DNA of 64,000 nucleotides from Octopus vulgaris (GCA_951406725.2 OX597832.1:48670001-48734000), one strand, 5' to 3'; counted from the first letter of the stretch, positions 1 through 14,002 are shown. Translations and numbers: made by a program. Notes: a model not told the origin generated them from the sequence alone.

Positions 1-662
1 CAAACGTACTGCACTGCATTCCTTTGGATTATGTCTGGGGTGCCGAGAGGGAGATTCTGGTGTCTGGGCAGCCCAGTGTCTTCGTTCCTACCGCCCAGGC
101 TTGCGCCATGGAGAAACTACTCCATCGATGGAACAAGCTGAGATGGCAGTTACGAACAGACTAATATGCCAAGCATGCATGCCCTCCTCGTGCGGAGACG
201 ACTGCGCTGGCTCAGACACGTCTGCCGCATGCAGGACGGTCGCATGCCTAAAGACATCCTGTACAGCGAACACACCACGGGATCCCGACCCAAGGGACGT
301 CCACAGCTACGATACAGGGATGTGTGCAAGCGCGACCTGAGGACTGCCAACATCTGTGTGGACACGTGGGAGGTAACAGCTGCTGACCGCTCTGCCTGGC
401 GTCGGACAGTGAGGAAAGGCGTTTCCATGGCTGAGGAAAGGAGAGCACAGCTGTGGTCGGACAGGCGGGACAGGAGGAGGACAACTGCAGCAACACCCCA
501 CACGTACCCATCGATGTTCGTGTGCAGCAACTGTACCAGGGACTGCCACTCTAGAATTGGACTGTTCAGTCACAGCAGACGCTGCTCATCATCAAAGTAG
601 GCCCCACCCTTGGCGCGACCCATTGTCTATCAAGACAGACGGGAAATAAGAATAAGAATAAT
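1..662 (+). mobile_element. RTE-clade non-LTR retrotransposon 3' end, probably internally deleted (5'-UTR-like sequence fused to ORF C-terminus)
   Basis: ORF 166-600 reads LRWLRHVCRMQDGRMPKDILYSE..GSRPKGRPQLRYRDVCKRDL..DRSAWR and ends in CxxC..HxxxC (FVCSNCTRDCHSRIGLFSHSRRC), typical of RTE/BovB-like C-termini. A short 3' UTR and an (AATAAG)n tail follow at ~643-662. Confidence 0.9.
166..600 (+). pseudogene. C-terminal fragment of RTE LINE ORF (post-RT region and zinc-finger-like end)
   Basis: 144-aa open frame with RTE signature motifs; no RT core upstream in the window. Confidence 0.85.
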
Positions 663-684
663 ATAAAACACACGCACACATATA

Positions 685-851
685 TGCAACGGGTTTAATT
701 CAATTTCCGCCTACCAAATCCACTCACGGGGTTTTAATCGACCTGGTGGTGGGGGGGGGGGCATGGTAGAAAACATGTCTAAGGCGTCACGTTGTGGGAC
801 TGAACCCGGAGCCATGTTGTTGGGATGCTAGTTTCTTACCACACAGCCACA
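685..851 (-). mobile_element. Degenerate 5' half of SINE family A
   Basis: Diverged match to the head of the intact copy at 3716 (ctaccaaatccactcac, gggactgaacccgga, cttaccacacagccac). Confidence 0.75.
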
Positions 852-1186
852 TATACAATGATTGAGGGGGCGGGGAATAATGCGAGGGAAAGACACTGTA
901 AAATCTTTGATTCTGTGTCTGCTCGCTTAGCGGATACCTGGGGCTAAACAGCAACAATGACAACGATAATGCCAATGTGAAATACAATCTTTACAAATAA
1001 CACCACCAATCATAACAAGAAGAGAAAACGAAGAATCACAATAGATATAAAATCTACAACAGCAACAACGACTACAAATAAATATATAAATAACTAACGG
1101 AATATGATAAAAGCAAGGCAGACGACAACGACGTCGAGATCAGCAACAACAAATGTAACAACAGCGGCCATTACAAAATAATATAG

Positions 1187-1369
1187 ATATTAAGCTTGTT
1201 ACGTGTATAGCTTTAATAAAATTATCTCAAGACAATGGGAAAAGAAAAGAGAAAAATTGTAAGAAATCCTTTCAAAATCGTTTAATCCAAACGATACAAT
1301 TCCCTGAATATAATCCTATTTAAAACTATCAAAGTAATACATGTTCTCTCACACGAACTACACTCCTGT
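1187..1369. other. Non-coding block duplicated at 57737-57916 (candidate regulatory element or rare old repeat)
   Basis: Colinear match by eye (atattaagcttgttacg..attatctcaaga..aaaatcgtttaatccaaacgata..aatataatcctatttaaaa..tatcaaagta..ctctcacac.aactacac). TAATCC at 1283 and 1311. Confidence 0.8.
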
Positions 1370-1396
1370 GTACGTTGAAGCTTTGCTTCCCTTTCA

Positions 1397-2030
<634 letters not shown>

Positions 2031-2115
2031 TGTCAGTTGATCTGATGGAACATAAAGGATTAAACATTTGTTGAAGATTGCTTTTGTTTTCATATACATC
2101 TTCGTGTGAGTGGAA

Positions 2116-2250
2116 TACGATGGCTGCCTGAGAAGTTCATACAGTTGATAAAGATACTCTCATGTAATCTGACCAGGTGAGATATATTTTTCAACAGTGT
2201 CCTCCCCCTTGCCCTCCACTTGCCACTCCTTCCATCGATGTTGCAATGAT
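2116..2250 (-). mobile_element. Mariner transposon 3' end fragment
   Basis: TA + cgatggctgcctgagaagttc TIR-like end. The minus strand encodes a decayed version of the mariner C-terminal motif LQHRWKxCV..GDYVEK. Confidence 0.65.
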
Positions 2251-2253
2251 TTC

Positions 2254-2916
2254 AGGGGAGGGGGTAAGTCGATAACAATAATTTCAGTGTTCGTTCAACT
2301 GGTTCTTAATTAACCGACCCCGAAATCATAAAAGGCAAAGTCGACCTCGGTGGAATGTGAACTCAGAACTTAAGGACAGACGAAATACCTATTTCTTTCC
2401 ACTCACAAGGGGCTAAACACAGAGGAGACAAATAAGGACAGGCGGATTACGTCGATTATATCGACCCCTGTGCGTAACTGGTACTTAATCTATCGACCCC
2501 GAAAGGATGAAGGGCAAAGTCGACCTCGGCGGAATTTGAACTCAGAACGTAACGGCAGACGAAATACCTATTTCTTTACTACCCACAAGGGGCTAAACAC
2601 AGAGGGGACAATCAAGGACATACAAACGGATTAAGTCAATTACATTGACCTCAGTGCGTAACTGGTACTTATTTAATCGACCCCGAAAGGATGAAAGGCA
2701 AAGTCAACCTCGGCGGAATTTGAACTCAAATTTTGAGGCAGGGGATGAGTCGATTACATCGACCCCAGAGTTTAACTGGTCCTTAGTTTAAAGACACCGA
2801 AAGAGTGAAAGATAAAATCGACCTCGGCGGAATTTGAACTCAGAACGTAAAAACGGACGAAATGCCGCCAAGCATTTCGCCCGATGCGGTAACGATTCTA
2901 CCAGCTCACCGTCTTC
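2254..2916 (-). mobile_element. SINE family B tandem array (~4 units, mixed tails)
   Basis: tRNA-like head (ggcggcgagctggcagaa..gagttcaaattcc) and body gcctttcatcctttcggggtcgata..aagtaccag. Unit junctions at ~2388 and ~2567; (AAT)n next to the head. Confidence 0.9.
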
Positions 2917-2959
<43 letters not shown>

Positions 2960-3255
2960 TGATTCGTTAGATAACATTTCGTAGAAGCACAGATGGGTGT
3001 GGACTTTTCTTTATGTTGAAGACGAATTTTAATCTAAGTAGAAACATTATAAATGGATATTTTCATTAAAAGTTTTTTAAAATAATTCAGTATTTTCTAG
3101 CTGTGATAATCGTTGTAATATAATTACTTTGATAAAATCTGAGAAAATAGAGTAAAAATATTCAGTAAGATTTATTTCCTTTGTATTTTTATCTCGAAGA
3201 TGCACTTGTCTGGCAAATGATTTGGTCTGAAACTCAGACAATTACAGTGCGGTAG

Positions 3256-3563
3256 TTGTTTGTTTGTTCCTTCTCGAGCGATGCCTGGCTCATAAAGGCC
3301 GGTTTCCCGGTTTCCTTGGCGTATAGGTACCCCACCTGGATGGGACGTCGATCCGTCGCAGGTGAGCTGCAAGATGCAAGAGGAAAGAGTGTTAGAAAGT
3401 TGTGGTGGAAGAGTCAGCAGAAGTTCGCCATTAACTTCTGCCAGAGTCTCGTGGAGCTTAGGTGTTTCGCTCATAAACACACACATCGCCCGGTCTGAGA
3501 TTCGAACCCGCGATCCCTCGACCTCGAGTCCGCTGCTCTAACCACTAGGCCATGTGCCTCCAC
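3256..3563 (-). mobile_element. SINE family D (tRNA-Arg-like head, V-domain-like segment)
   Basis: Head gtggaggcacatggcctagtgg..ggttcgaatc with A/B boxes; segment cctgcgacggatcgacgtcccatccagg; (AAAC)n tail; flanking gcggtag duplication. Confidence 0.9.
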
Positions 3564-3715
3564 AACGCGGTAGACATATTAGTCACTTAAAAACATAACC
3601 AAAACTGTTCACGTCACTTGATCATATTTTGTGTCCAAATTATTTATCATTTCGTCCCCATAAACTACGATCTGGTCACTGGCATAATGTCTTTAACAAA
3701 CAAGTGAAACATATA

Positions 3716-3878
3716 GGCGTAGGAGTGGCTGTGTGGTAAGTAGCTTGCTAACCAACCACATGGTTCCGGGTTCAGTCCCACTGCGTGGCATCTTGGGCAA
3801 GTTTCTTCTGCTATAGCCCCGGGCCGACCAATGCCTTGTGAGTGGATTTGGTAGACGGAAACTGAAAGAAGCCTGTCG

Positions 3879-3919
<41 letters not shown>

Positions 3920-4137
3920 TTGTGTGTCTGTGTTTGTCCCCCTAGTATTGCTTGACAACCGATGCTGGTGTGTTTACGTCCCCGTCACATAGCGGTTCGG
4001 CAAAAGAGACCGATAGAATAAGTACTGGGCTTACAAAGAATAAGTCCCGGTGTCGATTTGCTCGACTAAAGGCGGTGCTCCAGCATGGCCGCAGTCAAAT
4101 GACTGAAACAAGTAAAAGAGTAAAAGAGTAAAAGAGT
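3716..4137 (+). mobile_element. SINE family A, full length, with internal (TA)n(TG)n
   Basis: A box tggctgtgtgg, B-box-like ggttcagtccc, CORE-like ttgggcaag, (GTAAAAGA)n tail. Many near-identical copies in the window. Confidence 0.92.
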
Positions 4138-4394
4138 ATATAAGCCTTCAAATAGGTTTACGTCTAAGGATTCCTTTCACAAAAACTAATTATGCATATC
4201 ACGTTTCGTTTATCAAATTTCTATACGATTCGTTGATATTCCTTTAACACAAAACAATGTCTAACTATTAACCCAGTTACGGCTCTACACTACACTCTTC
4301 AGGTACAGATTTCTCAGAAACTCTTGTTGTTTTTTTTAATATTTAGCGATATATTTATTTGTCTATATTTTTCTCTTAGTAGTTGCTATATATT

Positions 4395-4622
4395 TTAACC
4401 CATTAGCAGACAGTTTTCTTAGTCAAATGTATTGCTTATTTATTCACATTGCTTTGAATTAATCACATTATATCTTGTAGCTTCACGATTTTAATGGTGT
4501 GTTTGCATATTTATAGAATGACATTATAGGGTAGGTGTGAGAGTTTGGATCTGATCAGTTTTAACATAGAACATGTAGAATATTTGGGCCGGATATGGCC
4601 GGATTAAATGCTAAAGGATTAA
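4395..4622. mobile_element. piggyBac-type MITE
   Basis: TTAA-cccattagca ... tgctaaagga-TTAA: terminal inverted repeats flanked by TTAA. Confidence 0.75.
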
Positions 4623-4834
4623 AGCTTTAATTGTTTGGATATCTGATCCACTGCACATTTGAATGCTGCAAGCCATCCATCTCTCTCACTTTTGCTCTGT
4701 GATTATCCTCTTCCTTAATCGCTCACAAATTATGATATTATAAACTAAATTTAAGAAAATTTCTGAAGACTACCAAAATTTGGAATCAGTATTTAAGGGC
4801 AATGAGGTGATAGAAACCGATATTAAAATGGAAT

Positions 4835-5052
4835 AAGGCGGCGAGCTGTCAGAATCGTTACTAGGCAAAGGCCAAATGCTTACCGGCATTTCGTCCGTCT
4901 TTTCGTTCAAGATTTATGTTCCACCAAGTTCGACTTTGCCTTTCATCCTTTCGGGGTCGATAAAATAAGCAGTAGTTGAACACTAGGGTCGATGCAATCG
5001 ACTACTCCCTCCCATCAAAATGTCAAGTTTCGGACCTAAAGTGGAAAAGAAT
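4835..5052 (+). mobile_element. SINE family B monomer (older, tail type ii)
   Basis: aaggcggcgagctg..gactttgcctttcatcctttcggggtcgataaaataag. Confidence 0.85.
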
Positions 5053-5606
5053 ATTTGTATGTTTTCTGTCATGTAAATCTCTCAAAATCTTTGGTGTTTC
5101 TAAAATACTGTTTGTTCAGTTTCTTGAAGTCGATTGCGACGTACAAAACAGAAACAAATTGTCATTTTCCAGCCTTTTTCTTGATATAATTCTTTGTTCT
5201 TCTTTTTACTCAATACCACCTTTATAATTTATTTAATTTGTATCAACTCTAATCGGTGGTCTAGGGGTTGGCCACCGGGACTAGCGCTTTGATGTAGGCG
5301 GTAGCATTGACTCTAGTCCTTGCCGAAAGAAGTCTATAATACGGTATTCAGATAAGGACCTAAGTTAAACACCAAAGGATATTCTTGACAACGGCATAAC
5401 CCATCATATTTGTATATCAATAAGAATTTTCAGTACACATAAGTCGATCTCCAGGCATTTTAGAAGTTCATAGCGGAAAAACTAAGAAGCCAAAACATTT
5501 CTCAGTGAAATATCTAACGCATCTTTATTTGCCAATGACTGATATTAAGGGTAAAGATTACTAAGCACACATTCTTTACATTTATCATATCTTCCATTAG
5601 GTGAAA

Positions 5607-5875
5607 CTGAAGTCACATGGCAGAGTGGATAAGGGTGTTGCATTCACGATCCTACAATCGTTGTTTCGATCCCTTGACCGAGCAGTACATCATTTTTTTT
5701 TAAAAGGCAAAAAAAAAAAAAAAATTCAATTCACGTTGAACCAGTCTACTCAGCTGTAAATGTGTAAGCCTACAAGGACTGGCGTTTCGTTCAGGAAGGG
5801 GCCGTGTTGTGCTCTTGGTCTCTTATATGCCATGGAACCCGTATTACGGGCCCTGTGCGTTCTAGAACTTGAGAC
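5607..5875 (+). mobile_element. Degenerate SINE family E
   Basis: tRNA-like head, ttcacgttg..ccagtctactcagctg, ggactggcgt; diverged match to the 55370 copy. Confidence 0.65.
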
Positions 5876-6709
5876 ATTATTATCCAAAGGTTGATGACGA
5901 TGATAGCCACTCGAGTATCGACAGGAGCATCAATGTGGTCGCTAGATCTACGAGAAATAGCAGCAAAATCTCATGACTTCATAAAACAAAGAGCACAACA
6001 CTTGAAATTAAGCTCAGGATAAAAGCGTTTGTGGTTAAAAATGAAATCCTGGATATAAAATGTGACTAAAAAATTTTACTTTAAGCGATTTAAAAAAAAA
6101 AATTACCAAAAAATGTTTTCACCTTTCCTCACCTTTCCTTGCTTTGTTTTTAACCTTTTTTTAACACTTTTCTTAATTTATTTAATTACAGTATTCCATC
6201 CTCCTCCTTCACCTTCCAACCTCTTCCTACTAACTGCGTTACTCTGTTGTCTTACTACACTAAAAAATGAAACTGTCAATCCAAGAATTTCTCTAATAAA
6301 ATATTGGTTGACCTCTTGTGATGTCTACATATTTTAAAGATTTTTCTTTCTCTTTTCTAGTCGTTCATGAGTTCGATCAGAAAATCCGAAGAATAATTTA
6401 CAAGAAAGAAATTAATTGTATTCTAAATTTTTTTTAAATATTTCAATTTTAGACATGAATTATAAACCTTACAACGACGCATTAAAAGAAAAAGCGTTTG
6501 TTTGTCTATAATTGGAAAATTTAAATATAGATTTTTAAAAAATCGATAACTTGGTTATTAAAACATTAATTCGTGCATAATCTCAAGCATACAAGCACAC
6601 ACACACACACGCACACATACATACGCGCACACGCGCAAAGACACGTAAATATATGTATGTAGTACATATAAGCAAATCGGTATGTGCATACACACACACA
6701 CATATATAT

Positions 6710-7085
6710 GGAAGCACTCCGTCGGTTACGACGATGAGGGTTCCGGTTGATCCGACCAACGGAACAGCCTGCTCGTGAAATTAACGTGTAAGTGGCTGAG
6801 CACTCCACAGACACGTGTACCCTTAACGTAGTTCTCGGGGATATTCAGCGTGATACAGAGAGTGACAAGGCCGGCCCTTTGAAATACAGGTACAACAGAA
6901 ACAGGAAGTAAGAGTAAGTTGTGGTGAAAGAGTACAGCAGGAATCACCACCATCCCTGCGGGAGCCTCGTGGAGCTTTAGGTGTTTTCGCTCAATAAACA
7001 CTCACAACGCCCGGTCTGGGAATCGAAACCGCAATCCTACGACCGCGAGTCCGCTGCCCTAACCACTGGGCCATTGCGCCTCCAC
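6710..7085 (-). mobile_element. SINE family C, full length (tRNA-Arg-like head)
   Basis: Reverse complement of the 21810-22200 copy; head gtggaggcgcaatggcccagtgg..ggactcgcggtc. Confidence 0.92.
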
Positions 7086-7086
7086 T

Positions 7087-7146
<60 letters not shown>

Positions 7147-7148
<2 letters not shown>

Positions 7149-7231
7149 TCTTTTACTTGTTTCATCATTTGACTGCGGCCATGCTGGAGCACCGCCTTTA
7201 GTCGAGCAAATCGACCCCAGGACTTATTCTT
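7147..7231 (-). mobile_element. SINE family A 3' fragment
   Basis: actcttttacttgtttca..gactgcggccatgctggagcaccgcc. Confidence 0.85.
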
Positions 7232-7239
7232 CGCGGTTA

Positions 7240-7900
7240 ATTTGGTATCCACAGTTACATAATGCACCAAAATCTTTGACCACAAACAGGCACCAGTTTC
7301 ATTATCATCCTCTTTCCTCTCTAACAAACACCTGTTGTTATGTTTACATACCAAGCAATATCTCATTTCCATTCCATTCAGCATTAAATACCCCCACTCT
7401 CTTACTTATTAATTACACTGCTCCAGATAAAAATCCCTCCCATTCCCTTTCTGTGTACATTAACAGCCTAAGCAAAATATTAAGCGTTTTTAGCTTCACT
7501 TCCTTTCATCTTCTGTTTTGTATTGCTTTTCTTCCATATTCCCTAATATATTCTCCACTATTTATACTATAGTTTTATATTATGTACATACAATCCTTAA
7601 TTATCTTCATATATTTCCGCATTACTTTCATCACAGAAGTACTTCCTGCAATCTATTTCAGATCCTGTGAGAGCTAACACCAAATTTACTGATAAAAACC
7701 ACTACAAACAAATGATATATTTTATCAGCTCCTGGTACACTAACCTCTCTGTCTCACATCTAGACTAAACAACTTCCTTTTGCGAAGAAAGATCTCTTAG
7801 AAATATGCTTCAGATAATTGGCATTATGATGGAAACTAAACAATCTTCCCAAATGTATTAATTCCTCTTTCAACAGCTTAGATTCATTAATTAAATTTAT
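7240..7900 (-). pseudogene. Possible highly decayed Ginger/TDD-type (KRBA2-like) integrase relic
   Basis: Minus-strand peptide scraps in the expected order, with stops and frameshifts: AVERG, WEDCL, YCLVCKH, CGQRF..CNCG (cf. GSVERAN, YKxGTKHG, GGQGFxxCNC). Confidence 0.35.
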
Positions 7901-8563
7901 CAATTTGATTTATATCTATTGCATCTTACTACCTGCGTTATCTCCTCTCTTTAAATATCGCTAACACAACTCGCATAACTACCATAGAAAAATTCAAACA
8001 TAACAGTTTTCCCTTAACTCTATTTGTCAGTTGTACAATACTCAACGACTCTCAACATTTAAATATAACCAAGAAATTTAAATATAATCCATTGAATGGC
8101 TTAACAAACAAAATGTATTTATTCAAATAAAATAATATTTGTATGATTATTAGTACTGATTGAGCCATATATAAATATCAACAAATTCAATCCAAACATT
8201 GATTTTATGCACCGTTGATTGATAATTTTCTTCTCTCATACTGTATACCATTTCAGACTTCCTTTTAAAAGATTAATTTAAACTTGTTTGCGAATTTAAA
8301 TCGCACTAATATACACTTAATGCTAATGTAAACACGTATATCGGATAACATTTTGCATAACAGTATCTTGTACCAATTAATGTAAATTATTTCATTGAAA
8401 ATAAATTTTACGTGATACGTATAACTTACTGCGAGCTGGCAGAAGTGTTAGAGCTCTGGACAAAACGCTTAGCGGTAATCCTGCCGGTTCCTTACGTTCA
8501 GAGTTCAACTACTGTCGAGGTCAGTTTTGAAGTTCATCCTATAGTTGTCGATTAAAAAGTATC

Positions 8564-9352
8564 TATTTCTTTATTACCCACAAGGGGCTAAACATAGAGG
8601 GGACAAACAAGAGCAGACAAAGAGATTAAGTCGATTGCATCAACCCCAGTGTGTAACTGGTACTTAATTTATCGACCCTGAAAAGATGAAAGGCAAAGTA
8701 GGCCTCGACGTAATTTGAACTCAGAACGTAACGGCAAACGAAATACCTATTTCTTTACTACCCACAAGGGGCTAAACACAGAGGGGACAAACAAGGACAG
8801 ACAAAGGGATTAAGTCAATTGCATCAACCCCAGTGCGTAACTGGTACTTATTTTATTGACCCAGAAAGGATGAAAGGTAAAGTAGACCTCGACGGAATTT
8901 GAACTCAGAACGTAGCAGCAGACAGACGAAATACCTATTTCTTTACTACCCACAAGGGGTTAAACACAGAGGGGACAAACAAGGACAGACAAAGGTATTA
9001 AGTCGATTGCATTAACCCCAGTGCGTAACTGGTACTTATTTGATCGACCTCGAAAGGATGAAAGGTAAAGTCGACCTCGGCGGAATTTGAACTCAGAACG
9101 TAGCAGCAGACGAAATACCTATTTCTTTACTACCCACAAGGGGTTAAACACAGAGGGGACAAACAAGGACAGGCAAACGGATTAAGTCGATTACATCGAC
9201 CCCAGTGCGTAACTGGTACTTATTTGATCGACTCTGAAAGGATGGAAGGCAAAGTCGACCTCGGTTGAATTTGAACTCAGCACGTAACGGCAGACGAAAT
9301 ATGGCCACGCATTTCGCCCGGCGTGCTAACGTTTCTGCCAGCTCACCGCCTT
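8564..9352 (-). mobile_element. SINE family B tetramer inserted antisense into an older SINE B (host 8430-9400, + strand)
   Basis: Four ~186-bp units, only the first with a full head. Imperfect TSD tcgattaaaaagtatc (8548-8563) / tcgataaaataagtatc (9352-9368). Confidence 0.9.
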
Positions 9353-9477
9353 CGATAAAATAAGTATCACTTGCCTTGGGCCAAAATTTTAATCTATTAT
9401 GATCATAATATATTAAGCGGCGAGATGGCAGAACCGTTAGAACGTCGGAGAAAATCCCGACAAGTATTTATTTTTCT

Positions 9478-9494
9478 AATAATAAATAATAATA

Positions 9495-9562
<68 letters not shown>

Positions 9563-9601
9563 TAATAATAATAATAATAATAATAATAGTACTACTACTA
9601 T

Positions 9602-9690
<89 letters not shown>

Positions 9691-9720
9691 ATAATAATAA
9701 TAATAATAATAATATTAATA
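9478..9720. repeat. (AAT)n/(ACT)n microsatellite
   Basis: Directly visible. Confidence 0.95.
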
Positions 9721-9955
9721 ATAGAACTACTCATATCCTACGCAAAATACTTTCTATGTAATCTCAAGTTTTAAAACAAACATACTTTTCGTTTATTTTT
9801 TTTTTGACATTCACTAGTACAACACTAAATACGAAACCAAATATATGGCACACTAGGCATAACAACATCACGAACTTCCACCCTGTTGTCTCTTGAGGTC
9901 CCTGGGTGAGACTTGGAGCCAACTTGTACAAATATAAAGCAAAAGTCGAACATAA

Positions 9956-9958
<3 letters not shown>
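9721..9958 (+). mobile_element. 5'-truncated R4/Dong-like RLE retrotransposon 3' end in an (AAT)n tract
   Basis: 9726-9761 encodes TTHILRKILSM* (cf. GTAHILRKVL). The 3' UTR (ctcttgaggtccctgggtgagacttg) runs into (TAA)n, and AAT repeats lie on both sides. Confidence 0.7.
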
Positions 9959-10036
<78 letters not shown>

Positions 10037-10424
10037 CTAATAATATCGAAAAAAATAAGTACCATATGTATTCTAGGTCCACTGCAATCGACTCCCCCCT
10101 TTCCCGAAATTGCTGGCCTTGTGCCAAAATTTGAAACCATTGTATATCCGAATTTGCAAACCTGATTGTTTTATATTATTATTGTTACTGTTGTTGTTCG
10201 CACATGTCTTTACACTTATTCGCTACTATTTCACCTGCGCACAGTTTTCTTCTCCAAAGCTATTGTTTTTGTAATTGTTGTTGTTGTTGTTAATGACGAT
10301 GTTGCGTTGCTAGAAATAACAATAGACAAGAGATGAAGAAACCATTGCACGAAAGAGGTAAGTGTGTGGGAGCGACACCTACAACGAAAGTCAATGTTTA
10401 TTTTAAAAAATGGATTTGAAAACT

Positions 10425-11114
<690 letters not shown>

Positions 11115-11131
11115 CAAATATATATAAGTCT

Positions 11132-11687
11132 CTACTGTCTGTATGTAGTATTTACTATATGAATCGTTATAAAGTAACGAAGGGGTTGTATGCAATATGG
11201 AGACAGAAAGGAAAAATTCAATTGACAAGGGGCAACAACCTTGAAACGTCGTCTGTAGCTGTCTTACTGGCAGGATGAAGCGGCTGACCTCCCTTGTTCG
11301 AAGGTTTATAATGGACGCAGTTTGTGTGTCAAATAGCTAGCTTAAGGCGATGGCCTCATGGAGCTAATCAGCGACGGTTTTAGTCTTATATTTATAAGAC
11401 TGCCATATTAGTATGGCGATAACTATATATATGTATTTATATATATATATAAGATTTAAAAACACTTAGACCAGCAAAAAGGTACATGTCTATGCACTGA
11501 GAAGGGAGATAACTACCACACAGCGCAGAGATCCCCATACTAGTCTAGTTTTGCTTGACTACTCCGTCGCTTAATGGTTTGGCTAAATCCCTACTGTCTG
11601 TATGGAGTATTTACTATATGAATCGTTATAAAATAACGAAGGCGTTTGTATGCAATATGGAGCCAGAAAGGAAAAATTCAATTGACA
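11132..11687 (+). repeat. ~96-bp direct repeat pair (11132-11227, 11591-11687) bracketing a possible Penelope/DIRS-like relic
   Basis: ctactgtctgtatg.agtatttactatatgaatcgttataaa..gaaaggaaaaattcaattgaca occurs twice. The first copy continues into a decayed hammerhead-like motif. Confidence 0.7.
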
Positions 11688-11744
11688 CTAATTGTGTTGG
11701 CCTGATATTGCGTATACCCACCATCGTTATCTTGATTCCATCTT

Positions 11745-12435
11745 ATGTATGTATGTATGTATGTATGTATGTATGTGTGTGTTTGTGTGTATGTATGTAT
11801 GTATGTATGTATGTATGTATGTATGTATGTATGTATGTATGTATGCATGCATGCATGTACGTATGTATGTATGCATGTATGTATGTATGCATGTATGCAT
11901 GTATGTATGTGTGTATGTATGTATGTGTGTATGTATGTATGTGTGTATGTATGCATGTATGTATGTATGTGTGTATGTATGTATGTGTGTATATATGTAT
12001 GTGTGTATGTATGTATGTGTGTATGTATGTATGTATGTATGTATGTATGTGTGTATGTATGTATGTATGTATGTATGTATGCATGTATGTATGTATGTAT
12101 GTATGTATGTATGTGTGTATGTATGTATGTATGTATGTGTGTATGTATGTATGTGTGTATGTATGTATGTGTGTATGTATGTATGTATGTATGTATGTGT
12201 GTATGTATGTATGCATGTATGTATGTGTGTATGTATGTATGTATATGTATGTGTGTATGTATGCATGTATGTATGTATGTATGTATGCATGTATGCATGT
12301 ATGCATGTATGCATTTATGTATGTATATATTTATGTATGCATGCATGTATGTATGTATGTATGTATGTATATATGTATGTATGTATGTATGCATGTATGT
12401 ATGTATGTATGTATGTATGTATGTATGTATGTATG
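11745..12435. repeat. Long (TATG)n microsatellite with TG/TGCA variants
   Basis: Directly visible; source of the spurious YVCM/HTYI ORFs. Confidence 0.97.
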
Positions 12436-13038
12436 AAGATATATATATATGCATAGGCATATACATATAAATATATATATGTGTGTGTGTTGTATGTATT
12501 TTTGCATGAATATTAGTCCCCAGCCCTGATTGATTATCAAAGCGTTTCAGCAAAACAGACCGATGGAATAATTACCAGAATCAAAAAGCAATGCAGTCGA
12601 TTTCTTCAACTAACCCCTTGTAGGTGGTACTCCAGCATGGCCAGATTCCTTTGTCTGAAACACGCATGTGAATGATAAAAGAAGCGCATAACTTAAACGA
12701 TGGAAGAAACGTTACCTGTTAATTGAATTATTACGTAAAGGAAAGGAAAAATCAGAGCGAGTTTACCGATTCCGTTGAACGTGTTGGGAAAGAAGATTCG
12801 AGAGAATCAATCTAGTTTCTAATATATCTGAAAAATCGATTCCCTGTTTTATGTTCTAGATATGTTAACATCTCTTTACATACGCAAATGTGGAGTTAGA
12901 GAGGTTTTTTTCATCTCGTGTGCACCTATATGCGCAAACGTCCGCACGTCCACGCGAACCAAGAATACGAGAAAGGTTCTGTGAAATCGTATCGTTTGAA
13001 ATATATATACACACACACACACACACATACATACATGC

Positions 13039-13064
<26 letters not shown>

Positions 13065-13069
<5 letters not shown>

Positions 13070-13352
13070 CTTTTACTCTTTTGCTTGTTTCAGTCATTTG
13101 ACTGCGGCCATGCTGGAGCACCGCCTTTAGTCGAGCAAATCGACCCCGGGACTTTTATTCTTTGTAAGCCCAGTACTTATTCTATCGGTCTCTTTTGCCG
13201 AACCGCTTGGTGACGGGGACGTAAACACACCAGCATCGGTTGTCAAGCAATGCTAGGGGGACAAACACAGACACACAAACATATACACACACACTTATAT
13301 ATATATACGACAGGCTTCTTTCAGTTTCCGTCTACCAAATCCATTCCTGCGC
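13065..13352 (-). mobile_element. SINE family A with most of the head deleted
   Basis: ctaccaaatccattcctgcgcc joins two sites that are ~120 bp apart in intact copies. Confidence 0.88.
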
Positions 13353-13435
13353 CTATATATATATATATATATATATACATGCATATATACAAACATACAA
13401 ATATGTATATATATATATGTGTGTGTGTGTGTGTT

Positions 13436-13478
<43 letters not shown>

Positions 13479-13743
13479 TTGTATATATATGTATATATAT
13501 GTTATAAATATAAACATTATGTGTGTGTGCGCGTGAATAATTTGTAAATGTGCAGTTAGGGAGGTTTTTTCATCTCGTGTGCACCATATATGCGCAAACG
13601 TCCACACGTCCACGCGAACCAAGAATACAAGAAAGGTTCTGTGAAATCGTATCGTTTGAAATATGCATACACACACACACATACAAATATATATGTGTGT
13701 GTGTGTATGCGTGTGTGTGTATGTGTGTGTATATATATGTATA

Positions 13744-13958
13744 TACTCTTTACTCTCTTTACTCTTTTACATGTTTCAGTCATTTGACTGTGGCCATGCT
13801 GGAGCACCGCCTTTAATCGAGCAACTCGACCCTGGGACTTATTCTTTTGTAAGCCCAGTACTTATCCTATCGGTCTCTTTTGCCGAACCGCCAAGTAACG
13901 GGGACATACACACACCAGCATCGGTTGTCAAGGAATGCTAGGGGGACAAACACACACA

Positions 13959-14002
<44 letters not shown>

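Noticed and set aside
8564-9352. Regularly spaced repeats suggesting a CRISPR-like array
   Set aside because: Whole ~186-bp units repeat with no unique spacers, the context is eukaryotic, and there are no cas genes.
10350-10365. Consensus splice donor gag|gtaagt
   Set aside because: No supportable upstream exon; isolated donors are expected by chance.
11555-12553. Longest ORFs in the track (up to 293 aa, YVCM/HTYI repeats)
   Set aside because: Translations of the (TATG)n microsatellite, open in several frames on both strands.
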